The notes: generated from the letters alone by a model not told the origin. A stretch of 64,000 bases of DNA from Paraspadella gotoi (GCA_051294375.1 CM119267.1:11172537-11236536); one strand, 5' to 3'. Counted from the first letter of the stretch, positions 28,451 through 40,271 are shown. A program made the numbers and translations.

Positions 28451-28711
28451 ATTGGAAACAAAAGCCAAAATCGACCTCAGAAGCCAAAGAAGCGAAAAAA
28501 ATGAAGAGAAGAATCCTGCAACAATTCGAGACGCAAAAAAGAAAAAAAAAGAAAGAAAAATATAAAGATAAAAAAAATGAAAAAGAAAGAAAAAAATAGG
28601 TGAAGACTGAAGAGGAATGAAAACAAACAAGAAAAAAAAAGAAAAAAGAAAGAAAAGACTAAAGTTGAAACGAAAATAAGGTGAGTTCAGTTTGGTAAGG
28701 TGAAAGAGTTT

Positions 28712-28814
<103 letters not shown>

Positions 28815-29594
28815 CTCTATCTCTCCCAGTTTTCGAGAGGTCGTGAAGCCCTGTGTCTCTCTCGCTCTTTCTCTTTCTCTCTCGTTTCTGCATCGATTCA
28901 TTGTTTTTCTATTAACGTTATAACGTTTATTGAGTTCAGCCATAAATTACATCGAACTACATGCCAAAATGTAACACTTTAACGACGACAATCATTAACG
29001 AGAGGCGCGTTACGCGCCCCGCCTTGTGTACACCGGGTGTTGGCCGCCGAATCGTACGCTTTGTTTAAACTTCTTATTCTTTTATCTGATTACCAAACAT
29101 CGTTTCTTCGTTGCGAATTATTTGAACGCGTTTTGCCGAGTTTAGTTTTTTTTAGGAAAGAGTTTTTAAAAAAAAAGAATTATGGTTGATATGGTATTTT
29201 TCAGGAAAGATAAGAAATAAGAAGGTTTTAGCTGAGGAGGGGGGAGGGGGCGAAAACGCCGTGGTGACTGAGACTCCGGTGATCGGACTTAACGAGGTCA
29301 ACGCAATACAGTTCTCAGTACGAAGTGGTATAAAACGTATAAACAAAACAATCTACATATTTATAAAGACATATAGTCATAAAAATCCACATTTTATTTT
29401 TAGTTGAAAACGGACACAGAAAATATGACTCAATATTTCCCATCGAGCGATCGCCGTCTCCTCATTTGCATAAATTGAGAAAAAAACCGAATTCGGCCAA
29501 GATTTATCGTTTAACGAGGGTCGGGATTTCAGAGGTAAGGATCTTAGGGCAGGTCGAGCCGGGTAAGATTCGATCGGGTCGGCGGTTTACGTGG

Positions 29595-29654
<60 letters not shown>

Positions 29655-31147
29655 TATTTCACTTTTCTCTTTCCCGTTTTCTTAGACCTGGATTCACAGT
29701 CTGCAATTTACAACGAATTTCGGAGATAATTACTCATATACAATTTTACAATTGCAATTACAATTACTCATTGTACATTGTACAATTAACCATGTACAGT
29801 ATAATTTTTTTAAAATTATCATGCTTGTTGCCAAACGTTTCGATATTCCAGGTATATGTTGAGTTATTAGTGATGAGTAGCCCACTCTCTTTGAGGCAAA
29901 AGAGCATCCGAGTTATTAAAAGTGCCTTTAATACGTTTATTTTCATTTGAATCAATCAAGTGTACTTATTCAATATCTCTCAGATATCTCCTTTTCACTC
30001 ATTACAACCGAAAACTAAGAGCCAACACAGCGTCTTCAAAGATATTTCTGAAGATTCTATTAATTACTTTTAGAAAAAAAGAAAGTCGATGTCTTTGAAG
30101 ATTGAATCTTTGAACTACTAAAATATGTCAATGAAATTAGTTTTTATTAATACGATCAAAAAAAGCACAAAAACCTGCTAACAAATCTTATCTCGCACCG
30201 GCATTTTCCAGACAACCATGGACGTTCGTAAAAAAATCCCAGTTAACAGCCGAGGATGCCATCCGCCGTTGCCATAGGACATCGCCCGCATATCATCAGA
30301 CCGTGTCCAACTTCGTTCAATCTCCGCCCGGAAATTCGAGCCGTTGCTCCGTCGCCAACCGAGCGGACGCACCCGCGGACGTACGGCTGTAACGCTGACG
30401 ACCTCGGCCGGGCGCGCCCCCGTCGAGGCCATAAAACAGAGCTGACCGTCAATTCCCGAGTTGGATCGACGATCGGAATTAAAAACTTGGAAATTAACGA
30501 TTCCGGGAAGAAGAGATAAAATTTATGGCTTCCTGTGGAAAAGTCGTTGCTGTTGTCAGTTTACAGATCGTTCAATTGATTCGCTCAAAAGGTCGTAGTC
30601 CCCGTTGGTTGTTGTTTGAGAACCGGTTTATTTCCTACCAAACCACTACAAAACTCTTTAACTAAGCAACTCGCTAAGAATTCGAACTCAAAGAAAGTCA
30701 TAAACCTCACGGAGTCACCCCGTGACTGAAAAAAAATTAGGGATAATTGTTTTCTTTCGTTCGTATTATTTTTGTTTTTGAACGATTTGCTCAGTTGTTG
30801 AAACAAATTGTTTTACCACCAAAACAGATTCACTAAGGAGTGGCCCGAAACGAGTGTCATACGGCGAGATAAAATTCGATGTAAAAAGATTGACTTTGCA
30901 TGTTCAAACACAGTGGAATCAACTCAAATCGTTTTACCCTCCAAACCGGTTTTCTAAATTGCCTGTTCGGGTTGGACCGACGAATGTTTCTCTGGTTTTA
31001 TTCCGGCCAGCAACTGTCAAAATCTAACGAACCAAACGTAGTATAAACCAAGTTTTATCAATCGCAAACTTACCCATTATCTCACATTCAATACGAACTA
31101 AAACTGTTTGGATTTTTTGTAAATAAAAAAAAAGAACCTCGAACAAG

Positions 31148-34100
31148 ATGAAAATTCCACAAATCATTCGACTACGCACGGACATTCCAATTTCCAGAGC
31201 CGTCAAGGATGTGAGTATTTAAGAAGTTCGTTTTATATTTCATACTCATTTGTTTCTTTTGTATTAATTATGCTTTGGCAGGAGGACGGATCTAAAATAT
31301 ATCAAGCGCTATCAATAGAAAACGGCAAGCTTATTTCTAAAGCCCAGGGTAATATAAGTTCAAATGTTTTTTTTTTTTTTGTTTCAAAATATTTGTAAAA
31401 ATATTCTCAAACTCAAGCGTTCCAAACGGAAATTATATCTTTAATAAAATAATTAAATTAGCTATTCTTCTATAGGCGACGCGGGGACCCTTTATGAAGT
31501 ATTTCAACGGGGTTTTAAAATCAACCCAAGAGGCAACTGCTTAGGTTGGCGACCGTCGTCCGAGGAAGGCTACAGTTGGTTGTCCTACGAAGAGGCCAAT
31601 GAGAGGATGCAAGCATTTGGCAGCGGAATGCTATCCTTAGGGCTGGAACCCGGTCCCGATTCTCGCGTGGGCATATACTCGATAAATTCGCCCAGCTATT
31701 GCATATGCATGCATGTTAGTAAATTAATTAATTTGAATCCAGTAAAAATATGGAAAGCTAAATATTTTGTGCCGGACTTTACTTTCTAGGCGTGTTTCAT
31801 GTACTCCACGACTTTGGTACCTCTCTACGACACTCTGGGCCCTGATTCTTGCTCTTACATAATCAACAAAGCGGACATATCTTTGGTCGTTTGTGAAAAC
31901 TCTACGAAGGTAATATGATGTACGAATATTTTCTGATATTTAAATTTGCCATAAATTCTGACCCTTTCCAACGACAGGCCAAGAACATTTTATCCCGATC
32001 GTCTGAAACTCCGACTTTGAAATCGATCGTCGTTGTCAATGGCATCGATCGAGAGTTGGCCAATTTCGCTCAAGGGTCTGGCATTAATCTCTTAACCTTT
32101 GAGGACGTCGTCAGAATGGGAAAGGCAAGTCGCGCCCGAACCTTTTTTTCTGCCCCATTGGGCAATGTATCTTAATAAATTTGAACTTTATGGTGGAACT
32201 AAAATCCACCAACCGTTCATCAGCGGCCATTGGTGCCGGAGGCAAGTCATTCACCTCCCAACCCAAAGGTCCGGGGTTCTACCCGGTGGTCGTCTGGCAG
32301 TTAAGAGGGACGGGGCGCTTAACCCGCCTGTAACAGGTGTACAGCCTGATCCGAAGCTCAGGGACTGCTTATATTGAACGGTTCTATCACTAACTCATAA
32401 CAATAGTTACTGTCTCTTCAACTTGCATTTTATCTTCACAGAAAAACATCCGTCCGGTGATTCCCCCTAGCGGCGACGACATCGCGATCGTCTGCTTCAC
32501 CAGCGGAACCACGGGAGACCCCAAAGGTGTCATGCTCTCCCACGGAAACTACTGTTCCAGCATCGGCAGCTGTATGAAAGTCTTGGGAATCATGCAAATG
32601 GACTTCACGGACATATTCATATCTTACTTACCGTTAGCGCACGTGTTCGAACAGGTAATGGGATAAATTAATCTTTAAGTATCAATAAAAAAAATCTTAT
32701 TAGCTTAATTCATTGATGAAGGTGATGGAAAACGGAATTTTGTTGGTTGGAGCCTCGATTGGTTACTTCAGCGGCGACGTAAAAAAATTGAAAGACGATA
32801 TGCAAGCCTTGCATCCCTCAATCTTTCCCTCCGTGCCAAGATTGCTCAACAAAGTCTACGACACCGTCGTTTCTACCGTGAGAACGTTGTGAATAAAACT
32901 TCATTCGCTTTATAAAGAATTTTAAAAGAATCATGATTGTTCCTTCCCTCAGGCAAGCACCTCTGTGATAAAGAGGTTTCTCCTCAACCACGCCTTAAAA
33001 AAGAAAGCCGAACAGCTTGCTAAGGGTGAATTCGTCAGAGATTCCTTTTGGGACAAGCTCGTGTTCAAAAAGTTGCACGATGGGTTCGGTAAATACAGAA
33101 ATTTTTATAATATAATGTCATGTTGAATATTTTCATTATGAATTCAGTAAAACTTGGTCAATTCATCTTGCAGGTGGCAACGTCAAGTTGGTGGTATCTG
33201 GATCGGCTCCTCTTTCTGCGCCTGTCATGCGCTTTGTCCGCAGTGCATTCGGAGCCGTAGTAATCGAGGGATACGGTCAAACCGAAAGCGCCACCGGGTG
33301 CAGTTGTCAACTGCCTGGCGAACTAGCCGAAGGAGAAGTAGGCCCGCCCGTTCCCGGTGAGTGTCGCACAATAATGCATTTTACCTAGGAATTATCTTCA
33401 TTAAAATTTTGGTTAATTTTAAGAGAAAAATGATTTTCAATTAAGCCTGCCTCATGAAACTCGTGGACGTTCCGGATATGGAATACTTCGCCCGAGACGG
33501 GAAGGGAGAAGTATGCGTAAAAGGCCCCAACGTTTTCAAGGGTTACTTGAAGGATGAAGAGAAGACAAAAGAAACTATCGACGAAGATGGATGGCTGCAC
33601 ACAGGGGACATTGGAATGATGACGGAAAGAGGTAAACATTACGTTTGTTTATTACAGCCCATGCGTTGTGACGTTGATTACCTGAAAACGACCTACTTTT
33701 CCAAAACAGGCACGCTTAAAATCATTGATCGTAAGAAGCATTTGTTCAAACTCTCGCAAGGAGAATACGTGGCCCCTGAAAAAGTAGAAAACGTTTACTC
33801 TCGCCATCCACTGGTCGAACAAATCTTCGTCTCCGGCAGCAGTCTAAAGTCTGCGGCCGTCGCCGTAGTGGTACCGGAAGAGCAGCAAGTGGCCGCATGG
33901 GCTAAAAGCAAAGGATTGCCAGAAAAAAGTGAGGATAAGTCTTTATCAAATCGACTGAATTAGACAAACAAATAACTAGAAGTGCTCTTTATTTCTCCAG
34001 GTTTTGCGGAAACTTGCCTAGATCCTAATCTTAAGAAAGACATTCTCGATGGCATTACAAACGTTGGGAAACAGGAAGGATTAAAACCCTTCGAGCAGGT

Positions 34101-34403
34101 CAGAATCTACAAATGTAAATAAACAAAATTAATTGAATACTAAAATCGATGTTATTATCTTTTATTTAATTGAATGAATCTAATTATTTTATTGCCGGAA
34201 TAAATTTAATAAAAAAATTAAATTTATGATTCATGAAGATATGATTTTTTTAAAACTTTTATTAGGTTAAGGACATCTTCATTTCGTCGGAACTTTGGTC
34301 CGTAGAAAACGACTTGCTGACACCGACCTTTAAGTCAAAACGACCCGCGATACAGAAAAAATTCAAAGATCAAATTGAAGAAATGAACAAGAACCTTACT
34401 TGA
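31148..34403 (+). CDS. ACSL: Long-chain fatty acyl-CoA synthetase, ACSL1/5/6 type; intact copy, 13 exons, ~654 aa
   Basis: Exons read by hand: 31148-31210, 31282-31348, 31476-31714, 31790-31909, 31978-32124, 32442-32654, 32722-32877, 32953-33088, 33174-33356, 33446-33631, 33710-33928, 34001-34098, 34266-34403. They sum to 1965 nt with consistent phases and end in TGA. Introns are GT-AG except intron 5 (GC-AG). Motifs: TLYEVFQRG, VPLYDTLG, P-loop FTSGTTGDPKG, gate DIFISYLPLAHVFE, SGSAPL, EGYGQTE, FACS signature DGWLHTGDIG..GTLKIIDRKKHLFKLSQGEYVAPEKVE, and LLTPTFK. The start codon is less certain than the rest. Confidence 0.95.
32224..32292 (+). ncRNA. tRNA-derived (SINE-type) head with Pol III A/B-box-like motifs inside ACSL intron 5; not a functional tRNA
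   Basis: 7-bp acceptor-like stem CGGCCAT/GTGGTCG, A-box-like TGGTGCCGGAGG, anticodon-loop-like CTCCCAA, canonical variable loop AGGTC, and T-arm CGGG-GTTC..-CCCG. The anticodon stem is mispaired. A duplicate starts at 21300. Confidence 0.6.
32297..32368 (+). ncRNA. Candidate twister-like self-cleaving ribozyme, P5-type permutation
   Basis: P5 GCAGT/ACTGC; then GAGG-GACGG; TAA-CCC-GC; P3 CTGTA/TACAG; P4 CCTGA/TCAGG closing the loop TCCGAAGC (the twister L4, as I recall it, is UCCCAAGC). P1 is minimal and P2 is imperfect. Confidence 0.5.
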
Positions 34404-34677
34404 AAAATGTCTACTCTATTTTTGCAATTACGTGTGTACCATTTTTATGGTAAATTATGTGAAAGTTTCATAATTATCTTGTTAAATGTCTTGCCCTAAT
34501 TTTTGTCCTGTTGGTTATTTTTTCGTAATTTGTATCCATTAACATGGAGTTACGACCGATACTTGCAGTAAATTATATTTATTTTCCATGAAGAGTCAAA
34601 ATAATTAGGCCAGTTTGCGTTGTGTGGTTCGAGTTTTGAGATATTGAACATTTTATTTGGAAATGATACAACTGGTT

Positions 34678-34738
34678 CGTCCAAAGTAACAGCTACTTGG
34701 CCACCGGGCTCGAAACTCAAACCTTTGGATTAGGAAGT
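34678..34738 (-). mobile_element. Decayed relative of the intron-5 tRNA-head element (SINE-like remnant); duplicate at 23767-23827
   Basis: The minus strand ACTTCCTAATCCAAAGGTTTGAGTTTCGAGCCCGGTGGCCAAGTAGCTGTTACTTTGGACG aligns almost without gaps to ACCTCCCAACCCAAAGGTCCGGGGTTCTACCCGGTGGTCGTCTGGCAGTTAAGAGGGACG. Confidence 0.55.
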
Positions 34739-34825
34739 TTCTTGTTCATTTTATCGGAAGTTTTTTTTAATTTATTAAAGTTTCCCCCGTTCATAAAAAC
34801 CTACAAGCAAAACAATATTATAAAA

Positions 34826-35029
34826 CTATGCGTTCATTACGTCCACCTTGTTCAATGCTAAGAGTTCGTCCGAAATTTGGGTCGCGGTCGGCATTTTACT
34901 TTCTCTTAATCCAGTTTGACCATTCCGGCCACTTCTTTTGCGCCCCCTCTCACCCCTCGCCGCGCAAATAAAAATCGAATTGTCGGCAGATCTTAGGATG
35001 TTGGTGGAGGGTCGCATCGGGATTCTCAA
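34826..35029 (-). CDS. Possible last exon of an unknown gene convergent with ACSL (...GQTGLRESKMPTATQISDELLALNKVDVMNA*)
   Basis: Moderately GC-rich open frame with a minus-strand AATAAA ~50 nt after the stop. The upstream part is unreadable because the two copies differ by indels. Confidence 0.3.
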   Translation of the reverse strand: MRIPMRPSTNILRSADNSIFICAARGERGRKRSGRNGQTGLRESKMPTATQISDELLALNKVDVMNA

Positions 35030-36976
35030 GCCGCTTCGAACACAAATCTCGTTACGGCGAATATTTTTTTCTTTTCGAAATGACGATCCGCGGGAATTTC
35101 GGACTTTCCCGTCGGTTTTCGGTCACGTGACGCGATCGCCAGCGCCTGTTTCGTGTCACGTACTTGATGTCGAGCCGCCTGTCTACGACTCATCGTTGAG
35201 CCAATTAGGGTGAAAAGCTTCTTACTCCAAAAACGGTCAAGGGAATTTTGGTACCTGGACCTAATCAAGTGATTTTTTTTTTTCGGAATGATGTTCGTGA
35301 AACCGGGCGAAGCGTGAAAAGTTCGACAATGTACAACTTGTTTTCGATGTCCAGAATAAAAATAGAATCTTTCTCTCACTCTCACACACACACCAACGCG
35401 TCGGCCGTTATATCGGCGTCATAAAATTCAGAGATCAAAACAGTTTCATCAGCGTCATTCAAGAGATTTCGGGAACGTTTATTTTCTCCCGCGCGATTCG
35501 TCGTTAACGTCACTTTCTATTTTTCGATGAGTTCATTCGAGGCTTTGGACAGAAATACGTTTCGAGCGAAATATATATACCTCCTCCAGTCTAGTCCAAA
35601 AACGGTTTTAAACCAATTTAACTAATTAAAAATTAAAAAAAACTATTTAGTAGAGACGAAAAGTTTTTGTACGGATAAATAAAAAAAAAATTAAAAACCA
35701 GAAGAACGACTTTCTCGCCTTAAAATCAGTTTTAACGAAATCCGTACATCAAAGTCAGTCGTCCACTTCGTTTCCGCCGACCCGTGCCTTCGGGGCCGTT
35801 GCGTGCCTTGCGGGGCTTTTTATTTCGAGCCGAGCCTCTGACCCGAAGCGAAACTGATAAGGGAAAAGGAGAAAAACCTGAAATGGCGAGATTCGGGATG
35901 AGAACGAGTTCCGTTGATCGAAAAATCGCGACGACGTTAATGACGATAATTATAATGATGATGATGACTGCAGCCGCGGCCGTCGGCGACAAAACTCCGC
36001 AAAAGTCACGCGGAACAGTTGTTAAAATTTAATAAATATAATTGTGTATAATTTGGGGCGAATTAACGATGCGACTTATTTTTAATCGCGAGGGTTGTAA
36101 AATTTTCGACAGTCTGGTTTTCTTGCATCTTGGGAATTTCAAGTAATAAAGCTCACGACTGTGAGAATGAGCCTTGGTTTCAATCCTCTGTGACCTAGAT
36201 GAATGTCTATGGGTCAACCAGGGTTCGAAATCTCTCTCTTCCTTGTTCGCCAATATTGTCTTTCTGGATTTTAAAGGAAAATGGGGCCTGAAACAAGTGC
36301 TGAAAATAGAAAAAAAATGTATTCATTCTATCATGTTAACACAAAACTTTACTGTAAACTAAATTTCAATCTTACGTAGTTGACTTTTTCAGTCATTCCA
36401 CTCAGTCTTCTTGAGATGTGTTTGTTGTTTTCTTTCACAGACAGCGTCGAACTCTGTCAAACGATTGTGAGGGATCGATATAAATTCTGGTCAACTAGTT
36501 AGGTCAAAACCGATGCATCTTCTTTTCAAAATTTGGAAAACTCTAATTATTTCTCCAGTCGAGCGAATCTCGAAACAAAAAAAACAAAAAAGTGTTTTGT
36601 TTAGGTTCGGTAGGAGAGCGTGGATGCCGAGGTCGACAGTTGGATGGAGAAAGGGTTGGGGAGGAAAAGAGGAGGAAGAGGATAAAGTGGAAAGGGCCGA
36701 ATTTAACAAACAAAAACTGGGAAGAAAAAAGTGCGGATTGACGGGAAGATGCGAGGGACCACCCTTTTCGCATTCTGGAGATGCCGAGGACCACCCCCTT
36801 CGGCCCGAGTGGAGATGCTCGAGGGAGGCTCGGAATAATCTGGACCGGGTCGAGACGGTCGTCGTGATCGTACGCCTGGGGTGTTGATATGCCGCGATTT
36901 TCGTCGCTTCACGAACCTAAAAAGAAAGGAAAGCTAAATTAGAGAAGTAAGCAGCCGTAAAGGAAGATCTGGAAGC

Positions 36977-37256
36977 AATGGAGGCATTTAATTAGTAATT
37001 TATTACCTATTTATTTATTTATTATTTATTATTTCTTTGATTAATGTAAGTCTAATAATCTGGTAACCCACTTGAGAGAAGTATACACCTGTTAATATTT
37101 AATTATTAATTAATTAATTAATTACTTATTTATTTATTACTCGTTGCTAGTAAAAGGGAAGACTTAGAAATGGAGGCATTTAATTAGTAATTTAGTACCT
37201 ATTTATTTATTTATTTATTTATTTATTTACTTATTTATTTATTACTCGTTGCTAGT
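36977..37256. repeat. Short direct duplication with (ATTT)n tracts
   Basis: aatggaggcatttaattagtaattta occurs at ~36977 and ~37169. attactcgttgctagt occurs twice. Confidence 0.8.
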
Positions 37257-37297
37257 TAAAGCTTAAAAAACTAGCGTCTTTGTTCTTGAAAAATAAG

Positions 37298-37301
37298 AAT
37301 C

Positions 37302-37378
<77 letters not shown>
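37298..37378. repeat. (CAT)n microsatellite
   Basis: Direct observation. Confidence 0.95.
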
Positions 37379-37379
<1 letters not shown>

Positions 37380-38021
37380 GGTTCAGTAATCGTCAAGGCT
37401 TTGGACGCGCCATTAGAGGACCTTCTGTCCCGAGGCGAAAGAAGGTGACTTATCCAGAAAGACCAATCTCCTCCTCCTCTTCCTCTTCCTCTTCCTCTTC
37501 ATTATTCTCATCGTCGAAGTCGAAGTTTCAAATTAAAGAATATTCGAAAAATAGAGAGGGAAAGAGAGAGAGAAATATAGAAATATATAAAGAGAGACAG
37601 AGACAGAGAGAGAGAGAGAGTCTTTTAATTTTCATTCTCTCTCTTACTATCAATTTAAAATTCCCGAATAGTTTCCTCAGGTTTTTATCCCGTTTTTATC
37701 TCGTTTTTATCTCAATGACATAATTGGTTTATCTCTGAAAGATGAAGAGGTTCCCGCCAGGGAGAGAGCAGCGGGAAAAGCAAGTCGGCGGCGGGAGAAG
37801 ATTCTGAGTTTAATTTTATAATTAATTAATATTTTTTTGAATTTTTAATGCCCAGAAATTGTTTTATTATTTGCGCCTGCTCTTTTTGCATGTCGACCTA
37901 AAGAGAGTAAAAGACAGAAAAATAGAATAAAAAAGAGACAGAAAGACGATTAGTCCTACTTTAACTAGGAGGCTACAGATGGAAATAATTACAATCATCT
38001 CTGCATTCCTTATCTGTCATC

Positions 38022-38140
<119 letters not shown>

Positions 38141-38328
38141 CGTGAAATACATAAAAGATAATCGTCAGATTGCGCTGGTCACGACGTGATGGTTTTCACC
38201 TGGCTCGCAAACGAGTCTCCTCACAAGAACTTTCCTATTTTTTTTTACGTTTTCTTCCAGACGTGACCATTCAGTTCCAAGCCTTTTTCCTTTCTTCTCG
38301 CAACAGGTAGTTTTATGACCTTTTTTTA

Positions 38329-38394
<66 letters not shown>
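38329..38394. repeat. (CGT)n microsatellite; similar (CGA)n tracts at 4901-4930 and 8281-8319
   Basis: Direct observation. Confidence 0.95.
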
Positions 38395-38395
<1 letters not shown>

Positions 38396-38593
38396 TTACT
38401 TTCTATTCATTTTACGATAAGCAGACGTCGTAAAAGTTCCCTTGGCTTTTGACGACAACGACAAAGAGGACGATGACAACGACGATCTCGTCTTCCAAGT
38501 GATTAAGTGATTCTCGATGTTTAAGGTTTAACGTTCACCGCTCATGGATTTGTTCCGTCTATGGTTATTAAAGCGTCTGAAATCCCAACTTAC

Positions 38594-38636
38594 TTTTCCG
38601 CCGCTGCCATTGTCGAAGCTGCCAGGTTGTATGTCG
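38594..38636 (-). CDS. Candidate 43-nt micro-exon of an unknown gene
   Basis: The minus strand reads ttttcatttcag|CGACATACAACC...GGCGGAAAA|gtaagt, with a strong acceptor, a consensus donor and an open frame. Confidence 0.3.
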
Positions 38637-39347
38637 CTGAAATGAAAATTTGGCCATGCTCAATATCAGAATTAACTCAATTTTAAGGTTAAATTAAGGG
38701 TGAGAGATAGGTTAACGTAGTTAAAATTAAGTTCAGGCGTTTCGAACCGAAATCGGGCGCTTTCGGAAAACAGTGTCGACAATCTCACTTTCGAAAAAAA
38801 ATCACATCTTCCATCGCCATGTGTCATCGCATGCTTTAATCATTTTTTCTATTTTGTTTTCGTCCGAGTTTTCACTTGAAAATCCGTAAATCTTTGCCTT
38901 CGTTTTCCCCGTCGTCGCTATAATCGTCGTCGTCGTTGTCGTCCTTCTCTCAGTAGGCGTTGTCGTCGGTTTTTACCCTAAACTAGACTAAAAACGACAA
39001 CAACACATTTTTTCTCGTGACGAAAGTCCAGGCGACGAGAGATGAAAAAGTAAAACGAAGCGAAATGAATAATTAACAAGAAAAAAAACTTAAAATCCTT
39101 TTTTCAGTGTGGGGGATTAGTTTTTCAAAGTCCGTCTTTTTTTTTTGTTTTCGTATCATACGTCAGGTTTGTTCACTTTAAATGAACGAAGCGGTTAAAT
39201 GAAGGTTGGTTAAGATGTTAAGATTAACAAAGGAAAAAGGGAAGGTCACTACACTCACTATTAGACCTAGTCTAAAGTTAGTTAAAGTGATCTCAAAGCT
39301 TTTTAAAAGTTTGTCGTCACAATTCTCAAAAACTGGGTCAGAACTAT

Positions 39348-39404
<57 letters not shown>

Positions 39405-39661
39405 ATGTAATCAGCTTCTTCGTTTCTACTCTGTGGTCTCCGACTCCGAACCTCGGACAATCTCCAGACTAAGTTCAGAATTTCTGAGTCCGACTGGGAT
39501 TCGTCTATGAGGAAGGATTTTGATCGGATATGATTTTGATGTAACTGGGGAAAGGGAATTATGGATGAAGGGAAACGGATATCATCATGCAAATGCGGAA
39601 AATAATGGGTCCTGACTGACGAGATAGAGATAGAGAGGCGGAGAGAGAGATTGGGAGAGAG

Positions 39662-39662
<1 letters not shown>

Positions 39663-39735
<73 letters not shown>
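39663..39735. repeat. (GAAA)n microsatellite
   Basis: Direct observation. Confidence 0.95.
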
Positions 39736-40271
39736 CATAAATAAGAGAGTAAGAATCAAAAAGAGCCAGCTACCGTCCAAGTTTAATCGAAATAAAATCC
39801 AACCACGCAACTTGAATTAAAACTTTTCTTAATTATTCAATCAAATAACAATGAATTTTCAGCCAAGGGGCAGGAAAATCGAGTCGGTGTGCACGGACAA
39901 GTCAAAATAAAAAAAAACAGATTTTTTTTTTAAAAGAAAAAAAGTCGGCATAAAAAAGAACAGAGGAGCCGAATCGGGTTCAAAAAAAAAAAAAAAAAAA
40001 AAAAAAAGAGAGAGAATTAAAAAAAACATTGGCGTCCATTATGAGATTTTCTGTAGGAGCGAAAGGCTTTTTAATTACGGCACCTCGTCCCACTTCGTCG
40101 GGAGGCGTCAACTGTCAGGATTTAATCGGAAAGAAAAAGGGTTCCTTCCGTTCAAGTTGAGATTATATACGAATTTGTTGATTTAATGCAATTTTCTTGA
40201 CTTTTTCGTGACGATGGGGACTTAAACGGGGACGCCGTGGGAGATGAGGGGAGGATATTACTTAGAGAGGT

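Noticed and set aside
32190-32225. Minus-strand CTGATGA (hammerhead core or C box)
   Set aside because: There is no stem II followed by GAAA, and no C/D box arrangement.
32224-32292. Functional tRNA-Gly(CCC) gene
   Set aside because: The anticodon stem is mispaired, the D-arm is irregular and the T-loop is defective. It is kept only as a tRNA-derived head.
32305-32365. TPP or cobalamin riboswitch resemblance (GGGG(T/C)GCTT..ACCC, CCTGATC..AGGGA, TTAAGAGGGA)
   Set aside because: It lacks the TPP CUGAGA motif and GNUAAU loop, and the cobalamin GGGAA/T-loop/B12 box. The twister layout explains more positions.
37280-37723. Poly-His ORF
   Set aside because: It is a translation of the (CAT)n and other microsatellites, with a TTG start.
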